Assembly (NCBI GenBank): GCA_046290465.1
Contig: JBKAGP010000001.1
Location: 5,920,001 to 5,984,000, forward strand
Reading direction: 5' to 3'
Origin: Planctomycetota bacterium
GTDB taxonomy: Bacteria; Planctomycetota; UBA1135; UBA2386
DNA: 64,000 bases
How positions within the stretch are numbered: position 1 is the stretch's first letter; the number at the start of each line of letters is the position of its first letter. Below the pieces are notes generated by a model. The model was given only the letters and a program-made list of their open reading frames with translations. It was not told where the DNA came from and did not search any database. Made by a program: the position numbers and the translations under genes. This document shows, in pieces, positions 18,879 through 28,245 of this stretch.

Positions 18879-20333
18879 ATGGTGATGGTGTGTGCTTCGT
18901 GGCGGGTGTTGGTGGTCTGGGTGGTGGTGGTGGCGGGGTGTCTGGCGCAGCGGCCGAACGTGCTGTTCGTGTTCGCCGACGACCTGCGTGCCGATACGGT
19001 CGGGGCGTTCGGCGGCGAGAACGTGCACACGCCCAACCTCGATGCGTTGGCGGCGCGCGGCACCAGGCTGACGCAGGTCTACTGCCAGGGCTCGCGGCAC
19101 GGGGCCGTGTGCGCGCCGTCGCGCGCGATGCTGATGTCGGGGCGCATGCTGACGCAGGCGCCGGACGACCTGCAGGGCCGCAAGACGATGCCCGAGTACC
19201 TGCGTGAGGCGGGCTATGCGACGTTCCTGTCCGGCAAGTGGCACAACGGCGATGCGGCGCTGAAGCGCGCGTTCCCCGAGGCGCGCGCGGTGTTCCGCGG
19301 CGGCATGTGCGACCACTTCCAGGTGCCGCTGTGCGACGTCGTCGACGGCGAGATCGTGCGCAAGCGCCGGCCGGCGGGGCACTCGACCGAGCACTTCTGC
19401 GACGCGACCATCGACTTCCTGCGGCGCCACGTGGCGCGCGGTGACGGCCAGCCGTTCTTCTCGTACCTGCCGCTGACGGCGCCGCACGATCCGCGTGATC
19501 CGCCGCGCCGCTGGCTCGAGCGGCTGGCGGACCTGCCGGCGCCGGCGCTGCCGAAGAACTTCCGCGGCCAGCACGGCCTCAACCTCGGCCGCATGACGAT
19601 GACGGTGCGCGACGAGAACCTGCTGGGCTGGCCGCGCGATCCGGGGCAGCTGCGCGAGCAGCTCACCGAGTACCGCGCGCTGGTGGCCCATCTCGACGAG
19701 CAGGTCGGCCGCGTGCTGGCGGCGCTCGACGAGCTGGGCGTGCGCGACGACACGCTGGTCGTGTTCACCGCCGACCACGGCCTCGCGCTCGGCAGCCACG
19801 GCCTGCTCGGCAAGCAGAGCCTCTATGAACACTCGATGCGTTCGCCGTGCATCCTGTCCGGCCCGGGCGTGCCGGTCGGCGAACGCGACGGCCTCGCCTA
19901 CCTCTACGACCTGACGGCGACGGTGCTCGAGTCGGCCGGGGTGCAGGGAGCCAGGCTCGACGGTCGCAGCGTCTGGCCGATGGTGCGCGACGGCGCGCCG
20001 GGCCGCAGCGACCTCGTGCAGCTGTACGCGAAGACGCAGCGCGCGATCCGGCTGGGCGATCACAAGCTGATCCGCTACCCGCGCATCGACCGCACGGTGC
20101 TGTACGACGTCGCTGCGGACCCGCACGAGCTGGTCGACCTCGCCGGTCGCGCCGAGTTCGCGGCGAAGCGTCGGCAGCTCGAGGCGCTGCTGCAGAAGCG
20201 GCTCGCCGAGGCCGGGGACACGCTCGCGTGGCGCACCGAGCAGCAGGACCCGGTCGAGCTCGACCTGACCGGCAAGCGCTGGCGGGCCGACCGCTGGCAG
20301 CCCGAGTGGATCCGGGCGAAGTACTGGCGCTGA
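18879..20333 (+). CDS. Sulfatase (formylglycine type)
   Basis: PNVLFVFADD, CAPSRAMLMSG, GKWHN, TADHG and GKQSLYE motifs. Confidence 0.93.
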   Translation: MVMVCASWRVLVVWVVVVAGCLAQRPNVLFVFADDLRADTVGAFGGENVHTPNLDALAARGTRLTQVYCQGSRHGAVCAPSRAMLMSGRMLTQAPDDLQGRKTMPEYLREAGYATFLSGKWHNGDAALKRAFPEARAVFRGGMCDHFQVPLCDVVDGEIVRKRRPAGHSTEHFCDATIDFLRRHVARGDGQPFFSYLPLTAPHDPRDPPRRWLERLADLPAPALPKNFRGQHGLNLGRMTMTVRDENLLGWPRDPGQLREQLTEYRALVAHLDEQVGRVLAALDELGVRDDTLVVFTADHGLALGSHGLLGKQSLYEHSMRSPCILSGPGVPVGERDGLAYLYDLTATVLESAGVQGARLDGRSVWPMVRDGAPGRSDLVQLYAKTQRAIRLGDHKLIRYPRIDRTVLYDVAADPHELVDLAGRAEFAAKRRQLEALLQKRLAEAGDTLAWRTEQQDPVELDLTGKRWRADRWQPEWIRAKYWR

Positions 20334-20343
20334 TCCGACCCGT

Positions 20344-21297
20344 TCAGCGGCCGATCCGGATCGTCGCCAGCAGCGGCCGGTGGTCGCTGCCGAACGAGGC
20401 GCCCAGCCGGGCCTGCTCGACGGCGAGGTCGCCAGCGACCAGCACGTGGTCGATCGGCACCCGCAGCGGGGCCGGCAGCGGATCGGGCCAGCTCGGCAGC
20501 CACCAGCGGGTGCTGCCGGCCGACAGCCCGGTCCGGGCCCGCATCTCGACGAACGCGTCGTTCCAGGGCGTCGCGTTGAAGTCGCCGAGCACGATCCGGC
20601 GCGCCGGCAGGTTCTCGAGGATCTTCGGGATCGCCGCCAGGCCGCGGTCGCGTTCGGCGATCCGCGCGGCGCTCGGCATCGGCGGCGGTGGGTGCACGCC
20701 GAGGACTCCGATCGGACCGTATGGGGTCTGCACTACGGTCCGGCCGAACGGGGACCACGGGTGGCCGCCCGGCACCATCTCGGCGACCACGAACGGGTGG
20801 CGTGAGTACATCGCCGCGCCGAACGAGCCGGGCTCGGCGCGCTCGAGTCGGTACGGGTAGTCCGACAGCACCGCGCGCAGGTACTTCTGCCACGACGGCG
20901 TGTACTCCCCGAACCAGATCACGTCCGGGGTCGCCTTGCGAACAACTGCCAAGGCGTGTTCATAGCCTTTGTCGTTGCTCTTCAGCAGGTTGAGTGCGGC
21001 TACGTGAATGCGTGGAGCGTTTTCCACATCACCTGGAAGGTCTTCCCCAGCGGCCCAGTCGGGCACGATTGCCGAGCCGGCGAGTGTCGCGAACGCCAGG
21101 CAGGCGCCGGCCGCGAGCCACTTGCGGCCGATGGCAAGCGCGGTGGCGGCCAGCAGCAGCGCGCCGCAGGCCTGCACCACGAAGCACGCCAGCAGGTCGA
21201 GGCTCCAGTGCACGGTGCCGAGCCACGGGCCGAGCGCGACCAGCGCATTCGGCGCGGCGAGCAGCACGACGACCCTGTGCCAGCGCAGCTTCTTCAC
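20344..21297 (-). CDS. Membrane-anchored endonuclease/exonuclease/phosphatase (EEP) family protein
   Basis: N-terminal TM helices; GDFNATPW, IDHVL and GSDHRP motifs. Confidence 0.88.
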   Translation of the reverse strand: MKKLRWHRVVVLLAAPNALVALGPWLGTVHWSLDLLACFVVQACGALLLAATALAIGRKWLAAGACLAFATLAGSAIVPDWAAGEDLPGDVENAPRIHVAALNLLKSNDKGYEHALAVVRKATPDVIWFGEYTPSWQKYLRAVLSDYPYRLERAEPGSFGAAMYSRHPFVVAEMVPGGHPWSPFGRTVVQTPYGPIGVLGVHPPPPMPSAARIAERDRGLAAIPKILENLPARRIVLGDFNATPWNDAFVEMRARTGLSAGSTRWWLPSWPDPLPAPLRVPIDHVLVAGDLAVEQARLGASFGSDHRPLLATIRIGR

Positions 21298-21408
21298 CTC
21301 GGCAGGATTGCGATCGGGTGGCGATGGTGCAAGGGGCCGGTTGCCGGCGCGGCCTTCCCTTCTGGCGTCCGGCTCGGCATCATGTTCGCCCCGATCGCCC
21401 GTCGCCCC

Positions 21409-21681
21409 ATGACCGACCAGCCCGTTCCCGAGCCCCACGACGTCCTCGCCGTAATTCGGGCCTTCGTGGCCAACTGGTTCCGCGACGGCAAGGAGGACGG
21501 GCTCGAGCTCGATACGCCGCTGGTCACGTCCGGGATCGTCGATTCGGCCGGCGTCATCGAGGTGGTCGAGTTCCTCGAGGAGCGCTTCCGCGTGACGGTG
21601 CAGGACAGCGACGTGTCGCTGGCCAACTGCAACACGCTGCAGGGGCTGACCGAGCTGGTGCAGCGCCGCATGTCGGCGTAG
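21409..21681 (+). CDS. Acyl carrier protein (stand-alone)
   Basis: 90-aa acidic protein with DTPLVTSGIVDSAGVIEVVEFLEERF (phosphopantetheine Ser motif). Confidence 0.85.
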   Translation: MTDQPVPEPHDVLAVIRAFVANWFRDGKEDGLELDTPLVTSGIVDSAGVIEVVEFLEERFRVTVQDSDVSLANCNTLQGLTELVQRRMSA

Positions 21682-21776
21682 GAGCGAACGGCTGCAGCGC
21701 GGCAGAACTCGGGATCACACGCTCGCATCCCGCGGGCGAGTCGCTAACGTGTTTGCCCGAACTCCCGGCCAAAACC

Positions 21777-21953
21777 GTGTCCTTCCTGCTTCCCGTCCTG
21801 GTCATCACCGTCCCCGTCGTCGCCATCGCTCTGCTCGCGATGAAGGGGAAGAGCCTGGCCGGGTCATGTGGCGGGATGAATCCGGATGGCTCCTGCTCGC
21901 GATGTGGCAAGGCAGCCGGCGAGCCCGAACCCGAGGGGGCGTGCAGCCGCTGA
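21777..21953 (+). CDS. nqrM: Na+-NQR maturation factor NqrM (DUF539)-like, 58 aa
   Basis: One TM helix followed by KSLAGSCGG...CSRC...C (4 Cys), directly upstream of nqrA; GTG start at 21777. Confidence 0.8.
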   Translation: MSFLLPVLVITVPVVAIALLAMKGKSLAGSCGGMNPDGSCSRCGKAAGEPEPEGACSR

Positions 21954-21980
21954 TCGCGGTCGCCCGCCCGCTCGCACCCT

Positions 21981-22035
21981 TGACCGACTCCCAGGCCCCT
22001 GACTGACTCCCAGGCCCTGACCGACTCCCAGGCAC
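21981..22035. repeat. Three tandem 18-19-bp units (TGACYGACTCCCAGGC...) upstream of nqrA
   Basis: Units start at 21981, 22000 and 22018. Confidence 0.9.
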
Positions 22036-22076
22036 TGTTGGCCAACACGAGACTCCACAACGAGGTCTCCTGACGG

Positions 22077-23426
22077 ATGACGACCCACAAGATCAAGAAA
22101 GGCTTCGACCTCCCGCTCGCGGGCCGGCCGGAGCAGGTCCTGGCGGACGCCGCCGAGCCCGCGAACGTGGCGCTCGAGACGTTCGAGTTCGCCGGCATCA
22201 AACCCAAGGTGCTGGTCAAGGAAGGTGACCAGGTCGAGACCGGCCAGCCGGTCTACCTGAACAAGGTCGACCGCGACATCGTCTGGTGCGCGCCGGCGAC
22301 CGGCACGGTCAAGGCGATCGAGTTCGGCCCGCGCCGCTTCCTGACGCGCGTCGTCATCGAGACGGCGGCCAGCGACAAGCGCCACGCCGACCTGCCGAAG
22401 CTGCCGCAGGACGGCAGCCGCGAGGACGTCGTCAAGGCCGTCAAGGGCGCTGGCCTGTGGCCGATGTTCAAGCAGCGTCCGCTCGGCAAGATGCCGGTCG
22501 GCGACGTCGCGCCGGTCGCGATCTTCGTCAACGGCATGGACACCGCGCCGCTGGCCGGCGACCCGTGCTTCGCGGTGCAGGGTCGCAGCGCCGACCTGCA
22601 GGCCGGGATCGACGTGCTGAAGCGGCTGACCGACGGCAAGGTCTACCTCGCGCTGCGCGCGGCCGGCGACCACCAGTCGGAGGTGCGCGGCCTCGGCGGC
22701 GTCGAGGTGCACGACTTCGACGGTCCGCACCCGTCGGGCCTGGTCGGCACCCACATCCACGAGATCCAGCCGCTCAAGCAGAGCGAGGTCGCGTTCGCGG
22801 TGTCGCTGGTCGACGTCGCGCGCATCGGCGCGTGGGCGCGCACCGGCGACTACCCGACCCACACGGTGGTCGCGGTCAGCGGCAGCGAGGCGCCGAACCG
22901 GCAGTACTACAGGGTGCGCCAGGGTGCGTCGCTGTCGGTGCTGACGAACGGTGGTGCTGCGAACGGTGACGTACGCTGCATCAACGGCGACGTGCTCAAC
23001 GGCTTCGTCGTCGAGCTGGACGGCTTCCTCGGCTTCGGCAACCGCACGGTGACGCTGATGCAGGAGGGCACCGACCGCCGCGACATGTTCGGCTGGGCGA
23101 TCCCGCAGTTCGGCAAGAAGCTGAGCAACCACGCGGCGGTCAACTTCGGCCTCGACAAGGGCGAATACACTCCCGACGCGCGCCTGCACGGCGGCCACCG
23201 CCCGATCGTCAACATCGGCTCGTGGGAGAAGGTGCTGCCGCTCGACATCCTGCCGACGTTCCTCGTCCGCGCCATCCAGGCGAAGGACCTCGAGGAGGCC
23301 ATCAAGCTCGGCCTGCTGGAGGTGACCGAGGAGGACGTCGCGCTGTGCACGTTCGTCGATCCCTGCAAGATCGACGTCGGCGAGGTCATCCGCCAGGGAC
23401 TCGACATGTATGAGAAGGAGAGCTGA
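22077..23426 (+). CDS. nqrA: Na+-translocating NADH:quinone reductase subunit A
   Basis: HKIKKGFDLPLAG, GPHPSGLVGTHIH and EEDVALCTFVDPCK; operon order. Confidence 0.96.
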   Translation: MTTHKIKKGFDLPLAGRPEQVLADAAEPANVALETFEFAGIKPKVLVKEGDQVETGQPVYLNKVDRDIVWCAPATGTVKAIEFGPRRFLTRVVIETAASDKRHADLPKLPQDGSREDVVKAVKGAGLWPMFKQRPLGKMPVGDVAPVAIFVNGMDTAPLAGDPCFAVQGRSADLQAGIDVLKRLTDGKVYLALRAAGDHQSEVRGLGGVEVHDFDGPHPSGLVGTHIHEIQPLKQSEVAFAVSLVDVARIGAWARTGDYPTHTVVAVSGSEAPNRQYYRVRQGASLSVLTNGGAANGDVRCINGDVLNGFVVELDGFLGFGNRTVTLMQEGTDRRDMFGWAIPQFGKKLSNHAAVNFGLDKGEYTPDARLHGGHRPIVNIGSWEKVLPLDILPTFLVRAIQAKDLEEAIKLGLLEVTEEDVALCTFVDPCKIDVGEVIRQGLDMYEKES

Positions 23427-23429
23427 GCC

Positions 23430-24734
23430 GTGAGGTTCCTACGCAACCTGGTCGACAAGCAGCGCAAGCTGTACCACGGCGAGGACAGCAAGTTCCACAA
23501 GGTGTGGCCGCTGTTCGACGCGCTCGAGACCTTCCTGTTCGCGCCGGACTTCCGCGCCGGCAAGACGCGCGTGCACGTCCGCGACTACGTGGACCTCAAG
23601 CGCGTGATGAACAGCGTCATCATCGCGATGGTGCCGTGCCTGCTGTGGGCCTTCTGGAACACCGGCGCGCAGCACTTCGCGGCGGTCACCCAGATGGGCA
23701 TCGCCCAGCAGGACTACGTCAACGGCTGGCTGCAGGGCCTGCTCGGCACGCCGGTGCTCGGCGCCGAGGGCGGCGTGTCGGCCTACGACACGCTGGTCTT
23801 CGGCCTGCAGCGCATGCTGCCGATCGTGGTCGTCAGCTACGGCGTCGGCCTCGCGATCGAGGGCCTGTTCTCGGTGATCCGCAAGGAGGAGGTCAGCGAG
23901 GGCTACCTCGTCTCCGGCATGCTGATCGCGCTGATCGTGCCGCCGTCGACGCCGCTCTGGCAGCTGGCGATCGGCGTCGCGTTCTCGGTCGTGCTCGGCA
24001 AGGAGGTGTTCGGCGGAACCGGCATGAACATCTTCAACCCGGCGATGATGGTGCGCGCGTTCCTGTTCTTCGCGTTCCCGGCGCAGATGTCGGGCGACAC
24101 CGTCTGGGTCGCCGGCAATACGTCGCCGAGCGGCGTGCCGGGCAACCTGATCGACGGCTACTCGGAGCCGACCGCCCTGGCCGTCGCCAAGGCCGCGGTC
24201 AACGAGGGCAAGGACGCCGGCCAGGCGCTGGCCGACTTCGGCGGCGGCGACGTCTACACGCACGCCAACCTGTTCTTCGGCAACATCCCCGGCAGCTGCG
24301 GCGAGATGTCGAAGCTGGCGGTGCTGATCGGTGCGGCGATCCTGCTGATCACCGGCGTCGCCAGCTGGCGCACGATGCTCGGCGGCGTGCTCGGCATGCT
24401 CGGCGCAGCGTTCTTCGTGCCGATGCTGGCCGAGGCGTCGGGCCTGATCCCGGACGGCTCGCTGCACCTGGCGCCGTGGGAGCACCTGCTCTGCGGCGGC
24501 TTCCTGTTCGGCATCGTCTTCATGGCGACCGACCCGGTGTCGAGCCCGGAGACGGACTTCGGCAAGTGGATCTACGGCGTGCTGATCGGCGTCTTCACGA
24601 TCCTCGTGCGGATGATCAACCCGGCGTACCCCGAAGGCACGATGCTGGCGATCCTGCTGCTCAACGCCTTTGCGCCGACCATCGACCACTTCATCGTCGC
24701 GGCCAACATCAAGCGGAGGCTCCGTCGGGCATGA
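23430..24734 (+). CDS. nqrB: Na+-NQR subunit B
   Basis: HVRDYVDLKRVM, KEVFGGTGMNIFNPA, FMATDPVS and NPAYPEG motifs. Confidence 0.96.
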   Translation: MRFLRNLVDKQRKLYHGEDSKFHKVWPLFDALETFLFAPDFRAGKTRVHVRDYVDLKRVMNSVIIAMVPCLLWAFWNTGAQHFAAVTQMGIAQQDYVNGWLQGLLGTPVLGAEGGVSAYDTLVFGLQRMLPIVVVSYGVGLAIEGLFSVIRKEEVSEGYLVSGMLIALIVPPSTPLWQLAIGVAFSVVLGKEVFGGTGMNIFNPAMMVRAFLFFAFPAQMSGDTVWVAGNTSPSGVPGNLIDGYSEPTALAVAKAAVNEGKDAGQALADFGGGDVYTHANLFFGNIPGSCGEMSKLAVLIGAAILLITGVASWRTMLGGVLGMLGAAFFVPMLAEASGLIPDGSLHLAPWEHLLCGGFLFGIVFMATDPVSSPETDFGKWIYGVLIGVFTILVRMINPAYPEGTMLAILLLNAFAPTIDHFIVAANIKRRLRRA

Positions 24735-25438
24735 ACACCAACAGCAACTCCTACGTGATGCTCTTCTCGGTCGGCATGTGCGTGACCGTCAGCACGGTGC
24801 TGGCGCTGCTCGCCAACGGCCTGCGCGAGACCCAGCAGGCGGCCGCCGAGTTCGACCGCCAGAAGAACGTGATGATGGCCGCCGGCCTGATGAAGGACGG
24901 CGATGCGGACACCAAGTCGCGCGAGGAGCTCGAGAAGCTGTTCGCCGACAAGGTCCAAGAGTTCACGATCGACGTGCAAGACGGCTCGACGATCGACGAC
25001 GAGGAGGTCGCCGCCGACAAGCGCAAGGAGGACCCGCTGCGCTACCGCATCGTCGGCGCGGCCGACACCGAGTCCGGCAAGGTCATCATCCTGCCGGTGT
25101 CGGGCAAGGGCCTGTGGTCGACGATCTACGGCTACATCGCGCTCGAAGAGGACAAGGACCACGTGCGCGGCATCACCTTCTACAAGCACGGCGAGACCCC
25201 CGGCCTCGGCGGCGAGGTCGAGAACCCCAACTGGACCGCTCAGTGGAAGGGCAAGTCGATCCGCCGCGATGACGGCATCGGCGTGATCGTCAAGAAGGGC
25301 AAGGTCGACGAGAGCAAGCCCGTCGAGAAGCAGCACTACGTCGACGGCTTGGCCGGCGCGACCATCACCAGCAACGGCGTCACGCGCTTCGTCGAGCGCG
25401 ACCTGAAGTCGTTCGAGGCGTACCTGAGCAAGAACTAG
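24731..25438 (+). CDS. nqrC: Na+-NQR subunit C
   Basis: GKGLWS, HGETPGLGGE and VDGLAGATITS (FMN-Thr motif). Confidence 0.95.
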   Translation: MNTNSNSYVMLFSVGMCVTVSTVLALLANGLRETQQAAAEFDRQKNVMMAAGLMKDGDADTKSREELEKLFADKVQEFTIDVQDGSTIDDEEVAADKRKEDPLRYRIVGAADTESGKVIILPVSGKGLWSTIYGYIALEEDKDHVRGITFYKHGETPGLGGEVENPNWTAQWKGKSIRRDDGIGVIVKKGKVDESKPVEKQHYVDGLAGATITSNGVTRFVERDLKSFEAYLSKN

Positions 25439-25449
25439 AGACCCCAACG

Positions 25450-26109
25450 ATGACTTCGACCGCAACCCCGGAAACGGAGAAGGCGCCGCTCTTCGGTGAC
25501 GAAGAGAAGCGCGTCGTGCTCGACCCGCTGTGGGACAACAACCCGATCGCGACGCAGGTGCTCGGCATCTGCTCGGCGCTGGCGGTGACCACCAGCCTGG
25601 ACGTCTCGATCGTGATGGGCATCTCGGTGATCTGCGTGATGGCGATGGCCAACGTGGTGATCTCCCTGCTGCGCAAGATGATCCCGAGCAAGATCCGCAT
25701 CATCGTGCAGCTCGTCGTGGTGTCGGGCGCCGTGATCATCGTCGACCAGGTGCTGCGCGCCTACGCGTTCGACCTGGCCAAGCAGCTCGGCGTGTTCATC
25801 TCGCTGATCATCACCAACTGCATCGTGATGGGCCGCCTGGAGGCCTACGCGATGGGCAACCCGCCGTGGCGCAGCCTGCTCGACGGCATCTCCAACGGCC
25901 TCGGCTACGCCTGGGTCATCTGCGTCGTCGGCGCGGTCCGCGAGATCTTCGGCTCGGGCAAGCTGCTCGGCATGCAGGTGATCCCGGACGCGATGTACGA
26001 GGCGGGCTACGTCAACAACGGCCTGATGGTGCTGGCGCCCGGCGCGTTCATCCTGCTCGGGGTGATCGTCTGGGTGCAGCGCGCGATCATGGGCAAGGTG
26101 GAGGAGTAA
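25450..26109 (+). CDS. nqrD: Na+-NQR subunit D
   Basis: NNPIATQVLGICSALAVT and LIITNCIVMGR motifs. Confidence 0.96.
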   Translation: MTSTATPETEKAPLFGDEEKRVVLDPLWDNNPIATQVLGICSALAVTTSLDVSIVMGISVICVMAMANVVISLLRKMIPSKIRIIVQLVVVSGAVIIVDQVLRAYAFDLAKQLGVFISLIITNCIVMGRLEAYAMGNPPWRSLLDGISNGLGYAWVICVVGAVREIFGSGKLLGMQVIPDAMYEAGYVNNGLMVLAPGAFILLGVIVWVQRAIMGKVEE

Positions 26110-26112
26110 GGC

Positions 26113-26817
26113 ATGATCCTCGAGACTCTGACCAGCGTCGATCTGGCTGCATTCGATCTGGGTGCATTCGATCTGGGAGCGGTGGCGCTCCCGCAGGAAG
26201 GCGTGACCGCCGACGGTCCGTCCTACATCGGCATCGCGCTGCGCGCGATCTTCGTCGAGAACATCCTGCTCGCGTTCTTCCTGGGCATGTGCAGCTACCT
26301 CGCGGTCTCGAGCCGCGTCGACAGCTCGCTCGGCCTCGGCGTCGCGGTCATCTTCGTGCTCGGCCTGACGGTGCCGCTCAACTGGTGCATCCAGACCTAC
26401 ATCCTGGCGCCCGGCGCGCTGGCGTGGGCCGGCTTCCCGGACTCGGACCTGAGCTACCTGCAGTTCTTGACGTTCATCGCGACGATCGCCGCCGCCGTGC
26501 AGCTGGTCGAGATGGCCGTCGACAAGATGAGCCCCAAGCTCTACGCGGCGCTCGGCATCTTCCTGCCGCTGATCGCGGTGAACTGCGCGATCCTCGGCAG
26601 CTCGATGTTCATGGTCGAGCGCAACTACACGTTCGGGCAGTCGGTCGTCTACGGCCTCAGCTCGGGCACCGGCTGGCTGCTCGCCATCGTCAGCATGGCG
26701 GCGATCCGCTGGAAGCTGCGCACGGCGCACATCCCGGGCCCGCTCAAGGGCCTCGGCATCACGTTCATCACCACGGGCCTGATCGCGATGGCCTTCATGA
26801 CCTTCAGCGGCATCTAG
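26113..26817 (+). CDS. nqrE: Na+-NQR subunit E with a repeat-derived N-terminal extension
   Basis: FFLGMCSYLAVS and LGIFLPLIAVNCAILG motifs. Confidence 0.95.
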   Translation: MILETLTSVDLAAFDLGAFDLGAVALPQEGVTADGPSYIGIALRAIFVENILLAFFLGMCSYLAVSSRVDSSLGLGVAVIFVLGLTVPLNWCIQTYILAPGALAWAGFPDSDLSYLQFLTFIATIAAAVQLVEMAVDKMSPKLYAALGIFLPLIAVNCAILGSSMFMVERNYTFGQSVVYGLSSGTGWLLAIVSMAAIRWKLRTAHIPGPLKGLGITFITTGLIAMAFMTFSGI

Positions 26818-26834
26818 GAGAGAGGTAGCGAATC

Positions 26835-28061
26835 ATGGACATCCTGTTGGGGATTCTCGCTCTCACGGCAGTCATCGTGCTGCTGGTGGTGGTGCTGATG
26901 TTCGCCGAGAGCAAGCTGGTGCCGAAGGGCAACGTCAAGCTGCTGATCAACGGCGACGCGGACAAGTCGCCGGAGGTCCCGATCGGCAGCAACCTGCTGA
27001 CCGCGCTGAGCGACACCGGCCTGTTCCTGCCGTCGGCGTGCGGTGGTGGCGGTTCTTGCGCGATGTGCAAGTGCCAGGTCTTCGAGGGCGGCGGCGACAT
27101 CCTGCCGACCGAGAAGACCCACATCAACCGCTCCGAGGAGAAGGAAGGCGTGCGCCTGGCCTGCCAGGTCAAGGTGCGCGGCCCGATGAAGATCAAGGTG
27201 CCGGACGAGGTGTTCGGCATCAAGAAGTGGGAGTGCACGGTCCGCTCCAACGACAACGTCGCGACGTTCATCAAGGAGTTCGTCGTCGAGCTGCCGAAGG
27301 GAGAGATCCTCGACTTCGAGTCGGGCGGCTACATCCAGATCGACGTGCCGAAGTACAAGGACCTCAAGTTCTCGGACTTCGACATCGGTGAGGAGTACCG
27401 CGAGGACTGGGACAAGTACAAGCTCTGGGACCTGGTCGCCAACAACCCGGAGCCGTGCTTCCGCGCCTACTCGATGGCCAACCACCCGGCCGAGGGCAAC
27501 ATCGTGATGCTCAACATCCGCATCGCGACGCCGCCGCCGCGCCAGATGGACCTGCCGCCGGGCATCTGCTCGTCGTACGTGTTCTCGCTGAAGCCGGGCG
27601 ACAAGGTGACGATCTCGGGCCCGTACGGCGAGTTCTTCATCAAGGACACCGACCGCGAGATGATCTACGTCGGTGGTGGTGCCGGCATGGCGCCGCTGCG
27701 CAGCCACATCTTCCACCTGTTCCACACGCTGAAGACCGGCCGCAAGGTCAGCTACTGGTACGTGGCGCGCAGCAAGCGCGAGATGTTCTACACGGATCAC
27801 TTCGAAGCCATCGAGAAGGAGTTCCCGAACTTCAAGTACCACGTGGCGCTGTCCGACCCGATGGAGGAGGACAACTGGACCGGCTACACCGGCTTCATCC
27901 ACCAGGTGCTCTACGACAACTACCTGAAGGACCACGAGAACCTCGACGAGATCGAGTTCTACATGTGTGGTCCGCCGATGATGAACAGCGCGGTCCAGAA
28001 CATGCTCGACGACATGGGCGTCGAGAAGGACATGATCGCGTTCGACGACTTCGGCGGTTGA
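26835..28061 (+). CDS. nqrF: Na+-NQR subunit F
   Basis: [12 protein letters not shown] [2Fe-2S], [21 protein letters not shown] and DDFGG C-terminus. Confidence 0.97.
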   Translation: MDILLGILALTAVIVLLVVVLMFAESKLVPKGNVKLLINGDADKSPEVPIGSNLLTALSDTGLFLPSACGGGGSCAMCKCQVFEGGGDILPTEKTHINRSEEKEGVRLACQVKVRGPMKIKVPDEVFGIKKWECTVRSNDNVATFIKEFVVELPKGEILDFESGGYIQIDVPKYKDLKFSDFDIGEEYREDWDKYKLWDLVANNPEPCFRAYSMANHPAEGNIVMLNIRIATPPPRQMDLPPGICSSYVFSLKPGDKVTISGPYGEFFIKDTDREMIYVGGGAGMAPLRSHIFHLFHTLKTGRKVSYWYVARSKREMFYTDHFEAIEKEFPNFKYHVALSDPMEEDNWTGYTGFIHQVLYDNYLKDHENLDEIEFYMCGPPMMNSAVQNMLDDMGVEKDMIAFDDFGG

Positions 28062-28245
28062 TCGCGTCGGCGCGCTGCGTCGATGCGAGCCACGATCGTC
28101 ACCGAGCGCGCCGGCACCGGGAACGGCGCTTTGCCGGCCCTTGCGGACCAGCAGCGACACGCCGTCCGGCGTGTCGAGGAGCGCTGCGATCGGATCGGTA
28201 GGTGGGGGCGCTCCCGGACCTCTGGGTGCTACCATCGGCGCGACG

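Noticed and set aside
20935..21050. Diversity-generating retroelement variable region
   Set aside because: No template repeat or reverse transcriptase in the window, and the patch is mid-gene.
21981..22035. Possible mini CRISPR array
   Set aside because: Units are contiguous with no spacers, too short, and there are no cas genes.
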